Shown in pieces: positions 24,214 through 36,625 of a DNA stretch of 64,000 nucleotides. Every line of letters starts with the position of its first letter. The first letter of the stretch is position 1. Under the pieces are notes generated by a model. It worked only from the letters and a program-made list of their open reading frames with translations. It had not been told where the DNA came from and did no database searches. Origin of the DNA: Selaginella moellendorffii (lineage: Eukaryota; Plantae; Lycopodiophyta); contig NW_003314313.1 in the NCBI RefSeq assembly GCF_000143415.4, positions 1,019,430-1,083,429 of the forward strand. Direction: 5' to 3'. A program made the position numbers and the translations under genes.

Positions 24214-24510
24214 ATGGAGAAAAATATACCAAGCAGCGCTTCCAGTTCCAGGGCGGAATCCAGTTCTACAGGTCGCGGGGCCAGCACATCCTCAAGAATC
24301 CTCTCATTGTCCAGTCGATCGTGCAGCATTGTCCTGGAGATTGGGCCGGGAACTGGAAATCTCACCGTCAAGCTGCTCGAGGTCGCCAAGAGGTGCTGCA
24401 GAGGCGCGTCCAAGGCACTTCCAAGCAAATCGTGTGTCAAATCGATTTTATGAGTGATTTTCTTCTATGCTTGTAGATCGTCCAGGGAGATGTTCTAAAG
24501 ACCGAACTTC
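24214..24510 (+). pseudogene. DIM1: DIM1 18S rRNA adenine dimethyltransferase fragment
   Basis: GGIQFYRSRGQHILKNPLIVQSIVQ in one frame, then IVLEIGPGTGNLTVKLLEVAK in another frame, LQRRVQG, and IVQGDVLKTEL after an intron. Frameshifts and truncation are present. Confidence 0.82.
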
Positions 24511-24760
24511 ACAGTCCCTGAATTTGAGCGTGGACGAGCAAGCATTGGGGCACAAAATCGTTCTAGAGCAGAATGGGCAAGAGCATTGTTGCCTCTCACA
24601 ATGCTTGTGCTCCTAATCTTCCTTTTGTGATCCCAAGCGAGGGGATGTCATCCTTGGACAACCACCACAGATCTTAATCTCCACAAATCGACCAAAACAC
24701 TACATTTACCCAAGTGGAATACAGCCCACAACTTTTGTTGCCCTCCCTGCCAAGAAAACC

Positions 24761-26305
24761 ATGGCTTCCAGCAAGGTCCATGTCTTGGCGGTTCCAGCGG
24801 CCGTGCAAGGCCATATCTCCCCAATGATGCATCTCTGCAAGTTCATCGCTCAAGATCCAAGCTTCACAATCTCCTGGGTCAATATCGACAGCCTCCACGA
24901 CGAATTCATCAAGCACTGGGTGGCGCTGGCGGGGCTGGAAGATCTACGCCTCCATTCCATCCCATTCTCATGGAAGGTCCCGCGAGGAATCGACGCCCAT
25001 GCTTTGGGAAATATTGCGGACTGGTCCACGGCAGCTGCGCGAGAGCTCCCCGGAGGCCTCGAGGATTTGATCCGCAAGCTTGGCGAGGAGGGCGATCCGG
25101 TCAGTTGTATTGTCTCGGATTACAGTTGCGTTTGGACCCACGATGTGGCAGATGTATTTGGAATCCCCAGTGTCACTCTTTGGTCGGGCAACGCGGCATG
25201 GACGGCATGGAGTATCACATTCCAGAGCTTCTGGAGAAAGATCACATTTTTCCTAGCAGAGGTATGAATCTCCGTATGTTCTTCCCTTGGACTTTCAAAT
25301 TTCCCCTGTTCTTCCCTTTGGAATTAACATTTCCTCTGTTCTTTCCTTTGTTCAAATTTCTGAGATTCGCACGCAGAGAGAGCTTCTGCGGAGGAGGCCA
25401 ATTCCGTGATCATCGATTACGTCCGAGGAGTCAAGCCTCTCCGCCTGGCCGATGTGCCTGATTACCTGCTGGCCTCTGAGGGCCAGGAGGTGTGGAAGGA
25501 GATTTGCATCAAGCGCTCTCCAGTCGTGAAGCGCGCGCGATGGGTCCTCGTCAATTCCTTCTACGACCTCGAGGCGCACACCTTCGATTTCATGGCCAGC
25601 GAGCTCGGGCCTCGATTCATCCCCGCGGGGCCACTGTTCTTGCTCGACGATTCCAGGAAGAATGTGGTGCTTCGCCCCGAGAACGAGGATTGCCTTCGCT
25701 GGATGGATACGCAGGAGCCTGGATCGGTGCTCTACATCTCGTTTGGCAGCATCGCGGTGCTGAGCGTGGAGCAATTCGAGGAGCTCGTGGGAGCTCTCGA
25801 GGCATCAAAGAAGCCATTCTTGTGGGTGATTCGATCCGAGCTCGTGGTCGGCGGACTCTCCACCGCATCTTACAATGGATTTTACGAGAGGACCAAGAAC
25901 CAGGGATTCATCGTTTCCTGGGCGCCACAGCTGAGAGTTCTCGCCCATCCCTCCATGGGAGCGTTTCTCACTCACTGCGGATGGAATTCTGTCCAGGAGA
26001 GCATAGCGAATGGCATTCCAATGCTGGGGTGGCCTTACGGGGGCGATCAAATCACCAACTCGAAGTTCGTCGTGGAGGACTGGAAGATCGGGGTTAGATT
26101 CTCCAAGACAGTGGTGCGGGGATTGATCGGGCGAGAAGAGATCGAAGATGGCATAAAAAAAGTGATGGATAGCGACGAGGGGAAGAAGATGAAGGAGAGA
26201 GTGGAGAACTTGAAGATCCTTGCAAAAAAAGCTATGGACAAAGAGCATGGGAAATCGTTTCGTCGCCTCCAAGCATTCTTGGAAGATCTCAAAGCTTTGA
26301 GCTAA
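24761..26305 (+). CDS. UDP-glycosyltransferase (family 1, PSPG box), 2 exons, apparent 1-bp deletion at about 25205
   Basis: HVLAVPAAVQGHISPM, VSCIVSD, WVLVNSFYDLE, SVLYISFGS and PSPG WAPQLRVLAHPSMGAFLTHCGWNSVQESIANGIPMLGWPYGGDQ. The frame shifts between WSGNAAWT and EYHIPELLEK. Confidence 0.85.
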
Positions 26306-26429
26306 AGCAGTGAAATCCAGTTTCTAGCATGGAATGCTAGAGATCTACATGCCCATTAGCCCAGACAGGATTGGAAAAGATTTGGGCTCGTTTGCTAGTG
26401 GATGCGCCACTCTTAACGGATCTACTCGC

Positions 26430-26690
26430 GGATGATGCAGGCTTATGGCGAGATTGGCGAGCTAGAACTCTCCCTGTTTCGAAAGATGCCGCAGTGGAAC
26501 CTCTTGTGGAATACCATGCTCACGGCCTATGCGGAGAATGGTCGCGTGGAGGACGCGAAACGAATGTTTTACGCTGTTCCTGTGGAGAACACAGTCTCGT
26601 GGAACTCCATGCTCCAAGCTTACTTTCTTGCTGGTCAAGTGGAGTTCCACAAGATGCCTTGCAAAGACGTGATTTCCTGGAACGTTAACA
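26430..26690 (+). pseudogene. PPR gene fragment
   Basis: MMQAYGEIGEL...WNTMLTAYAENGRVEDAKRMF..ENTVSWNSMLQAY..KMPCKDVISWN, with internal deletions. Confidence 0.75.
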
Positions 26691-26789
26691 CGCTATGCGT
26701 GGCTGCAAGCAGAGAGAACAACCACAAAAGCTATGGCATCGGCTGAGATGACGATGTTCCATGATATCTCGCCATCTTGTCAAACACTA

Positions 26790-27023
26790 TCAAAGCTTGA
26801 ACCATTGAGAATGCTCCGGTGAGGAATCTAGTGGAAGATTGACGTTGCCTCTTTCAGCTGGCTGATCTGGATGTAAGACGCGAGCATCATCGACCACGTC
26901 ACAGCATTTGGTTCTGGATGTTTGCTCCGATCTCTTTCCATCTTCAAGGAATCCTTTGTGACTAAATCCTTGGACCACCGAGTTCCAGCTTGTCACATTT
27001 TCTGAAAAACCATTCTTGCTCAA
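26790..27023 (-). pseudogene. PPR gene fragment
   Basis: ENVTSWNSVVQGFSHKGFLEDGKR followed by a degenerate continuation. Confidence 0.5.
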
Positions 27024-29360
27024 TAAAGTGCATATTCCATTGTAAAATATTGTTTAAGATGGTGCTTAATATAGATTTTGAATATCCACATCCATAAAAG
27101 TATTTCTATGGTGGGAAAGAGGTATCCATTTATGTGAAAGTATGGAATACAAGGCAAATAACTTCTAGAAAATTGACTTTCTAGAGATTTTCATAATATT
27201 AAACATTAATATGTATCTTGCTAAATTTTTTGAGGCTCTTTATATCAAAACCCCCATTATTTTTGGCCAAAACTCTATCTATCTATCTATCCATCTATAT
27301 ATATAAATAAAGCTAAACATTTTTGGGTTGTCAGTTCTAGCCAATTCAGCATATTGCAAGCTTGTATTATATGGATTCTACATTCACACTTTAATATGTG
27401 GGGCAACTCATTATATAGTCACTTGTGAGCTGTCAACCATGAAATAAACACATGCAATTTTCAACACATATGCATAGGCTGTACACAGATTTGTGTGGCT
27501 TAAATGCATTAGGAGTGACAATGCTCCTGAACATAATGTAGTAGAGGACAATATGGAACATTGTTGGGGTCCTTAGGACAGGAGTTTTATTAGTGGGATG
27601 TCAACAAGAAACCAGGCTTGCCTCTAGTATTTTCTTGCACATGTTCATCACTATTAACCTCCCTGCCTTGCAATGCATTGAACACTTCTGGCATGAATTA
27701 TACAAGTGCAAAATATTAGGCATATCCTAATAATTGCCACAATCAATCACAATTTCAAGATGTACTAAATTGTTACTAGTGCAAATTCAATTTGATTGGT
27801 AAACCCAGGACAAGGGCCATATGGTAGACAACAAGGGAGAAAAGAACCTTTATTAATAAAAAGAGTTAGCCAACTGTTAGTCAGCTTAAAACAACATTAA
27901 TTGCAATTTCTTGAGCACTCACCTCTTGACTAGTGTTTCAAAAGGAAGAGCAGTGTCAATGTAAACTAGAAGAGCCACACCTTCAACATTAGCTATTACA
28001 TATTTTATAGACAAATCCAAGTGAAGGAGATATTACTAATAAGATTAAGGTCTTGTTGATACATTAGAAAAGACCAATTCCTCACAACAACAAGTTTCTA
28101 AAACATCAAGCATGCTTTGGTTGATAGAAAAAAGGGAATTAATACTTGAGGGAGCATTGCACCTTCAACATTCATAAACATTGAACCTAACATATCTTTT
28201 ATATCTCTTGAAGACAGTGGCTGAACAATTCTAGAAGTGGTGTGAATGTTTATGCATATCATCTCCAAAAGGAAGGCTTACCCAAGCTTGTTCTAAAACA
28301 AGTTTGTTAGTCCATGAGATGGCCTAAAGAACTTACCACACTAATATAAATGTACCTTGTGTAAATTCCATGTAGCAGCCCAATGAGATATGTTTTTGGC
28401 AAAATACAACACAAAAACACATCATAAACTCTATTTGTGCCATGTATTGTAAACACTAATATGCTAATATCTTTAGAGGGTCCCATGATCAAATCTTGTT
28501 GTACCAAGGGATGTTAGAAACTTTGTGTGCTTGGTTGCTTGTGCCTGCAGGAAATGTAACTAAACCTTAAGTCCAATCTAACCTGGGGAGGGGGATTGGG
28601 AGAGAATTTGGGAATTCGTTAATGGATGGCTAATGCTTTATTGCTTGTATAGTGAGTTGTTGAAACTAAGTAGGACTTAGTAGGAGCTAGTGCAATAAGC
28701 AGGAACTTTAGCAAGGGAATTTAACTAAGGCCAAGGCCATAATGGTCAGATATATGAGGTAAGCTAGCAAATTGGAAAGGAAAAATTTGTTGCTGATAGG
28801 TAAAATATGAAAGATCAAAGCTCTACTTCCTCCACAAAAATGAAACAAACACATGATAGTTCAAACCCTAGAAAAACATAAAACATTTTTATCCATATCT
28901 TAAATCCCAAGCCTTGGGTGCAACTCTTGCTTTAGGACATCAAAGGGGAAACATCATGGCCTAATGGCCCAGTATAGGTACTCTTACTCCCCCACTTCCA
29001 TCCCGAGGGAAAAGTTTAATCCCCTAGGAAAGGTGAGGATTAATGAGCCGCAATATACTCAAATGGGGTAACACTCCACATGAGTTGGGAGCACTGTAAT
29101 CGGTTTCCCTTCCGGGAATGGGAGCTGCTCTTGAGCACTTCTTTGGATGGCCCTTCTGGCACCACCTGAGTCCATGCTCACTCCCACCCAATGCCCCTAA
29201 GCCCCAGCCTCAACCCCAAGTCAATTTGGAAGCACCACTGTTCAAGATTGGTTTCTAAACCTCACTATCCCTATTATACTTTTGGAACCCCCTATAGCCC
29301 CCCCTCCCCCTGGGAGACACATGCTTTGGGCTTTCACCCCGACCTGTATTAGTATTTGGA

Positions 29361-29720
29361 TTTGGTCTCAAACTCGATCTTAGACTCAATCTTGAACTCG
29401 ATCTCGGACTCGGTTTCGGACTCAATCTCAGACTCGATCTTGGACTCGGTCTCAGACTAGAGCTTGGACTCGATTTTACACCCGATCTCAGACTTGGTCC
29501 CAGTGGATATATCAGCATACTCTTTGATCTATAGAATAAAACCTTTATAGAACAAAGAGTATTTGATTGATTGAGTTGGAGACTGAGTTTGAAACTGAGT
29601 CCAAGATCTGAGATTGGGTCTGAGACCGAGCCTAAGATCAAGTCTCGGACTCGATCTTGAACTCGGTCTCGAACTTTGTCTTAGAGTCAGTCTCGGACTC
29701 GATCTCAAACTCGGTCTCAT
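29361..29720. repeat. 12-bp minisatellite (GACTCGATCTCG-like), part in inverted orientation
   Basis: Repeated actcgatct/actcggtct units; about 29579-29645 is the reverse-complement version. Confidence 0.8.
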
Positions 29721-29852
29721 TTATCATTTCTGTCATGTTTTTGGGGATCCTTTAGCGTACAACACCTTAGGAAGTTGATTCCTTACAACTTCACCACCCA
29801 TAAAAGAAGTTTGATGCCCACATCAAATGTCTTTTTTTAATCCTATGACTTG

Positions 29853-30037
29853 TTGACTATGTCTTTGGGGGCATCCCCCTGCTTAGCAATGTGCGTAAGT
29901 TAGCCTCTCCGGCCAAGAGCCCATAACAACGGAGTATAAGTGTCTCTATACCCCTCCCCTTACCATGCCCTAGTATAGGGTTGGGATTTGAACCTAGTCC
30001 TGCTTTACTAAAAGGTTGGGATTCAAACCCAACCTTT
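29853..30037 (-). repeat. Dispersed repeat with tRNA T-arm/B-box-like hairpin (SINE-like), copy 1
   Basis: Similar to 36268-36390 and 36455-36625. Contains aaaggttggg-attcaaa-cccaaccttt, a perfect 10-bp stem with a 7-nt loop. Confidence 0.55.
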
Positions 30038-30548
30038 GTAGAATATGTTTACATATTTAATATCCATATGGGGAGTTGGGTGTCTATGCTTAGTCAACTT
30101 AACTAACCCATGCTAATTAGCTTACCGTCAGAACATATGATATTGCTCAATTTCTCAATTAGATTATTGAATTTTGCATAAGTACATAGAGTTTTACCTT
30201 GCAAAAATTCCTCCACTAGATCTTGTGTATTCACTAACTTCTCCTTCGGTTCCTATGTTATTTCGCAGTGTGGAAATTTTGTCCACTTCACATAAAACTC
30301 CCTCACCTCACGTTTTTGTCATTTACTCTTATACGCATTGAAGATGGCCTCGACTTTGTATTCCTCTTCCCCTTAGATAACCTAGAGTAATTCCTACGGT
30401 TATATCCTTTTAAAATGAAATTAAAAATATCAAGAGAGAGGTAGGTTATGTGACTAGTTAATAGTAACTATCCCATAACTAAACATTTCACCATGCATAT
30501 AAACTGCCAAAACTAATTTACGTATACTACCCCAAACCCAAGGACCAA

Positions 30549-31267
30549 TATAAGCTCATGAATTTGAATTTCCCAACTTAGTACTAGGACGCTTAACCTT
30601 AAATATCCCAAAACCCTTAACTAATTAAAAGAAAAGGTGCACTTTTGTTCATGGGTCTTTTCCCATTATATTTAAACCTCAATAGATTGCCTCTTGAGTT
30701 GTTCTCTAAATCGTTTTTTGAGTCGTTCTCTGTCAATCCACCACACTTTTCTGGGAGGTCACTCAACCTAGTACTATTCAAACTTAATGATACTTAACCC
30801 CAAATATCCCAAAATTTTTAACCAATTGAAACAAGGGATGCAATTTTGTTTATGGGCATTTTCCCACTATATTTGAATCCCTATGGATCGTCTTTCAAGA
30901 CGTTTTCTTTAGTTATTTATAATCCATTACACTTTTCTACAAATTCACGCTTTTGTGAATGGAAATTGAGAGTTACAACTCTCTCTCAAGCCTCAGTCTT
31001 ACAAATTGAACATATAGTGGGATTCTCTTAACCAACCAACAAAATCAAACTCAAAACCCCTCTAATACCAAATGTAAGTTCCTGAATATAAACTTCTCGA
31101 GAGGTCATCCAACTTAGTATTATTTAAACCCAAAAATATTTAACCCCAAGTACCCCAAAATCCTTAACTGATTGAAAAAAAAAGTGCACTCTTGTTCATG
31201 TGTCATTTTCCTTTATATTTTAACCTTAATAGATTATCTTTTAAATCATTCTTTTTGGTTGCTTACA
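30549..31267 (-). mobile_element. Cassandra-like TRIM: three tandem LTRs of about 190 bp carrying 5S rRNA promoter sequence
   Basis: LTR 31073-31267 is bounded by tgtaag...cttaca. A Met-type PBS (tggtattagagg on minus) lies at 31059-31070. PPT-like aatccaccacactttt is at about 30735 and a degenerate copy at about 30921. Related LTR copies lie at 30549-30735 and about 30746-30921. 5S-like segments are at 30571-30598, 30746-30799 and 31092-31145. Flanks are accaa and acaaa. Confidence 0.75.
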
Positions 31268-33573
31268 ACAAAGAAATGGATAATATCAAAGTCATAAATA
31301 AAGATATCTTAGAGACAATAAAGTATTAGTAAATAAATCTTAAATTAGAACACAAAAGTATTTCAATTAAATTATCATCTAATAAACTAAGATTATGGGA
31401 TAAGAACCACCAAGATCATCATAATTTAAAGGCATAGGATTAAGTATTTCAAATTCAATAATAAAACTTAACTACCAAAGATTGCAAACAATTTATAAAA
31501 GATAACTCAAAGAACATAAAATATTAACTATAAAAAAAGTAAAATTCTCATGAATGTATTATCTAAAGGAAATAACATCCCAACCTATCAAAAATAACAT
31601 TATCAACAATTAATATATCATTTAGTATATCATTAAAATGTTTCTGATGCTTACTTAAACAACTCTAATTCTTTTGTATTGTTGACTGGGATCTATTCAA
31701 ATTAGTTGGTGCAATACTTTGCGTGAATGGGTGTTTACTTACTTTTGCAATATTCATTTAAAAGATCAATCCAAAGTAAACCACAAAGAATATATAGTAA
31801 TGCAAAAAGCCAAAAATTATCAAAATAATAAGTAATCATCATGAAAGATAAGCAATCATTCCATTAAAAGAGATGCACAATTATCATTAAAGAGCAATTT
31901 ACGATCCTGAAAAATAGCAAATCATTCAACTTCAATAATAATCAAGGAAGACCTCTGATAAGAAAAGTCAACTATCCTAAATGATAGTCAATTATCACTA
32001 ATGATTGTTAAATGTGAGAACTCACTTAAACATTATAACTAATGAGGCAAAATGCCTCCCCCGATAACTGCAAATAAATTGAAGAATGAATATGGAAACT
32101 CAAAAAACCAAATGCTCACAAAAGTTTATAATCAAGTCTTGAATAACCATGACTACATATCTTACATAACTAATTTCAATATCAGAGAAGAAATCATGGT
32201 ATAACTGACAATATCCCTTGACACATCCATAAGTTAAACTTTATAAAGTAAAACTAATAAAGAGCATATTTGCATCAAACCAAAAGCCAAGTATATCGAA
32301 GTTATACTCATAAGTGATCACTAGACCGACCTTCTATGAATTCATATATCATATCAAGCATAACTTATTTAATAATAAATGCAATAAGAATTATCAATGA
32401 TCGATATAATCTCAATAAAGAATCAATAACTCAAATCAATGACTAACTCTTTCTCTTACAAAGCTAATATAGTCCATGACTAAATCACTTTTCAAAAAAA
32501 AAATAAAAATTCAATTCTTACTAAACAACTTTATCTAGAAAATAGTTAACTCAACTTGCCACTCAGTTCATTTAATTGTTAATATAGTTGTTAACTAACA
32601 AATGCATAAATGTCAATAACACAAAAGTACAACTAAATCACTAACATTATTTGCATTGAGACTAGTGAAACAAAATGTTAATCTTCAATAAACCTAGTTG
32701 ATCCCTAACCATTTGAATTACCATAGATGAAATATCTAACTTATTTAATATGCCCATAGAAAAACATCTCATCTTACTATAATCTTTAACAATGTCAATA
32801 TCAAGGCATCACTTCAATGCTATAACACTAGAGTAAAATTATAAGAAAACAAGAGTAAATCACCACTCAATACTTTCTAATAACGAAGCTAATTAAGGTC
32901 GAAGATACTTTATTTAGCATATGAAACTAAACCTATAACAATACTTAGCCATATATCACACATCATCAAGGAATGAACCATTACATCCTAAACTTAATGC
33001 AATCCAATACTATAGACTCAATGCAACTAAATAACATCAATAAAGGTGGAATTAACATACCAATATGGAAAACCATGTAAGGCTAATGATACAATCCTTA
33101 GCAATACCATTCAGTAAAGTAAGCTTACCACCACTAAATCATCATTGAGCTAAATAAAATATTGACAGTTCTCAAAGAAATCTACAAGCAATCATTAGTT
33201 GCAAAGCAACCAATAATTCTTTAACTCATGTTCATAAGACAAACTTATGTATGAATCCAATTAAATAATATTAAGCACATGTCTAACCAATAGGTTTGAG
33301 CATCATTGAAGAGGCTAGCTATGCATAATCAACACTCAACTGAAACTTAAGTGAAGACCATGAGATGCACTTATATAGTACATAACCTCCTAATGGACAA
33401 TGCTACAATATAAGTACCAACATCTCAACCATAACCAACTAGGTTCAAAATCATTATCCTCAATCAAGGCGTAGAGCCACCAAGACCAAGTCAAAATTAA
33501 TGAGAGTTCATTACTCTCATAAAATCTAACAAAATGTAAAATACAACCTACCACCAAGCATAATGCTATAAAG

Positions 33574-34003
33574 AAAAAAAGACTTGGTGGGGACTATAAA
33601 AGGGATATTGGGGAAGGCTATACTCTATGTTTACAAGCATCCTAAGGAATGGATTTAGGATGATTCCTCATGGATGGATGGCCCAGTTTTTGAGAGACAT
33701 GACTGTGATACAGGTGATGTTAGACCACCGATGTGACCAAGGTGAATGGGCATAGCCTTAGTGTAACAGGCTAATATATCAGTGATACTTTGGGGTGTTG
33801 ACCATAGGATTGAACACATGGAGCACTTAGATGAAGTGCAAAGGTTGAGTGGCATGGATGCCATTCTTGGGGATAGCAAGCCCCAAGTCCTGAATACGAC
33901 TTATAGAGGTTGTGAGTGAGACTCCTCCAAGTGGTTGGAGGTGTGGTTAAGTGACTAAAGTAGAATGAAAAATTTAGTCGCTTACAATTTAGTATCGGAA
34001 CTG
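33574..34003 (+). mobile_element. 3' half of a 5' LTR followed by degenerate tRNA-iMet PBS
   Basis: 33574-33986 is a diverged copy of 39103-39515, ends in cttaca and is followed by atttagtatcggaac (compare tggtatcagagc). Confidence 0.7.
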
Positions 34004-34579
34004 TTCCTTAATTTGACTTTTATCGGTGCTCAAGTATATCACCACTTGTATTAGCATTGGAAGGTTCGAGGAATGGGTCTATCTTTAAAGAGTAGCAGGT
34101 TAGAAGGACATGGCTCTCCACTACAGTTTATGTGTGAATTTGTAGGCAAGGTGGTGGATAGAAAAGGGCTAATAAAAGAACGACTTTAGGATCTTCAGAA
34201 CAGTATAAAGTTTTCCTCAGAGAGTTGACTATGTGATTCAAATAAGCATTTAACTTAGCAAACTGGCTAATATAGTCGTGGTAAACAACTATAGTTAAGA
34301 TCACGGAGAAGATAAAGGCTCCAAAAAATAATAAAGGAGTTGCAAGATTATCATCCTCATATAGTTGAAATTGGTGCTCATGAATTTGATACCAGAATGA
34401 ATGACCGTGGGAAATCAAATATGGAAGAGGACAAGTCTTTGAAATGGTAACCGGAGTTACCCTTAATAAATGCTAAAACAACCCAAAAGATTAGGGGTGT
34501 ACTTAAAGGATGAGTTGGTAGCCCCCCCCTCCCCCCGGGGACGATCGCTTTGGGCTTTCACCTAACAGTCTGTATTGGT

Positions 34580-34905
34580 ATTCAGATTCGAATTCGGATT
34601 TGAATTCAGACTCGGACTCGGTCTCGATCTTGGTTCCATCTCAAACTCCATCTCGAGTCCATCTCGAACTCCATCTCGGGTCCATCTTGGACTCCATCTT
34701 AGGTCCATCTTAGACTCCATCACAAATTCCATCTTGGGTCCATTTTGGACTCCATCTCGGGTCCATTTCGGACTCTATCTTGGGTCTATCTCGAACTCCA
34801 TCTCGGACTTCATCTCAGGTCCATCTCAGACTCCATATAGGACTCCATCTCAAGTCCATCTCAAACTCCATTTTGGGTTCATCTCAGACTCCATCTCAGA
34901 CTCTT
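34580..34905. repeat. 12-bp minisatellite (ACTCCATCTCGG/GTCCATCTCGA-like)
   Basis: Regular 12-bp periodicity visible directly. Confidence 0.85.
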
Positions 34906-36267
34906 CCACGTGTCATGTGTTGGTCCTTTTGTGTCCCTTTTTCTAGAGACTTGCTTATTACTTGCTTCGTGCTTATTCTTCGAGCCCTTCATTGGGAGTT
35001 CCACTCCCGCTCTCAACTTTTTGAGTTCGAGCTTTTAGTCCAAAAGTGTTATATTCATTTGGCTTTTGCCTCAGCCAATACCACGTGGCATCCTTTTGAC
35101 TCCCCTTTGGGATATAAGAATTTTGTGTCTCACAACTCCACCACCCATAAACGAAGTTCGATGTCCTTATCGAATGATAAACCATTTTATAAGGTAACAC
35201 TAACATATATTACCCTTTCCATCTTTGGCACTTAGCTAATATTCGTCAATGGTTTGACATTGAAAGTTCACCATGCCTTATCCATCTTTTAAGGAGTATA
35301 GCCTCTTCAACTGAAAGACTAATTTGACCACTTGTGTTGGTTCTCTTTTTTTATTAGTTTAATTCTCACTAAACCCATTAGAGACACCTTCTTTATTTTA
35401 GTCCCACTACTCATTCTCAAGTAGTCTCAATTTCCATCAATATAACTTTTGCACTTTGGACTTTTAATTTTGAGTTCTCAAACTCAATTTCTTGGGTCTT
35501 TTTGACACCTTGCATTACATATATTGTGCAACTCCACTTCCCCATCCTAGGAATTTCTCTATTTGAGGGCACCATCATCCTTTTTTCTATTTCATACCAT
35601 CTTTGGCACTAAATTCCAGTTGTTAAAGATGTTTATAGCCCTATCATTTCGTTACTTTATTGCTCCCTCCTTTAGAGTTTCCACTTTCGCCAAATTGAAG
35701 CAATTGAGAATCCATCATTGGAAACACATTGTCTTTCCCACAATTCGTTAGCATCCAACATATTAGTGTTCTTGGCCTAACTTTGCCATTTGGATTCTGT
35801 CCCACGATTCCTATAGCTTTTTTCTTAACCACTAGTTTTTTGCTACTATCCTTTGATTGTTGCACTTAGTAATATAAGATCATTACCTCCATTCTCAAGG
35901 TATTGTTTCGGTTCCATAGCAAAGATTTTGCTTTGCCAAATCCAGAAGGTGTTCACCTCTAATACATCTCTTTAGCATTTTCTATTGTAGGTTTTATCTA
36001 CAGCCCTCTTATAGGTCTTATAGAGATTACTTTCTTCGGACTCACTATGCTATACAGTTTATTTCCCTTATGTGTTCTTCCCACTTGGTCACCTTAACCA
36101 AGCCACACCATCATTAATAGTTTAAATCAACATTTTGAACTAGAAACTTTATTCCTTAGTCTCATAAAGATTTTGTTCTTGTTTAAGCTATAAGATCACT
36201 TAGTGATTTAGCCTTGACACCTTAACAAGTTTGCCAATAGATATTAAATCTTCCAGACCTTTAAGTT

Positions 36268-36625
36268 GTTGACCATGACCCTAGGGGCATCCCCCGCACT
36301 TGGCAGTGCACTCAAGTTAGCCCTTTCAGCCAAGGGTCTATAACAACTGAGACTGAGTGACCCTATCTCATTCATCATGTCCTTAGTGCCATTTGCACCA
36401 AAGTGTTCAAATTAGATATACCGAGCTTTCACACTAAATAATCTAACTGTGCATCACAACTCCAGGGCATCCCCAGCTTGGCAGTGTGCCCAAGCCAGTT
36501 TCCTTATTGAGAGTCCATGACCACCGAAAAATGAGTGTCCTCATATTCCAACCCATCACCACGCCCTAGTGAATTAGAACTCGAACCCAAGCACTAGAGG
36601 GTTGGGACTCAAACCCAACCTCCGT
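36268..36625 (-). repeat. Two further copies of the T-arm hairpin dispersed repeat
   Basis: ggggcatcccc...ggcagtg..caagttagcc...ccctagt... and hairpin gagggttggg-actcaaa-cccaacctc. Confidence 0.55.

Larger units (their letters stand above)
28513..30548 (-). mobile_element. 3' part of a degenerate Ty3/gypsy chromovirus: chromodomain, 3' UTR with 12-bp repeats, PPT, 3' LTR
   Basis: 30197-30372 on the minus strand reads GEEEYKVEAIFNA...REFYVKWTKFPHCEIT*EPKEKLVNTQDLVEEF (chromodomain with stops). PPT ggggaggggggc at about 29297-29312 is followed by tatagggggttccaaaagtata, which resembles the LTR start at 38559. The far LTR end is uncertain. Confidence 0.7.

Noticed and set aside
27272-27320. Helitron-like 5' end (tctatatatataaataaag after a TCTA repeat)
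   Set aside because: No matching 3' hairpin plus CTRR or Rep/helicase motifs could be identified.
30746-30799. Genuine 5S rRNA gene
   Set aside because: Only the internal promoter part is present, it is diverged, and it is embedded in LTRs.
29255-34946. Ser/Pro/Arg- or Leu/Gly-rich ORFs at 29255-29720 and 34575-34946; possible CRISPR-like array
   Set aside because: Translations of a 12-bp minisatellite, with no unique spacers and a eukaryotic context.
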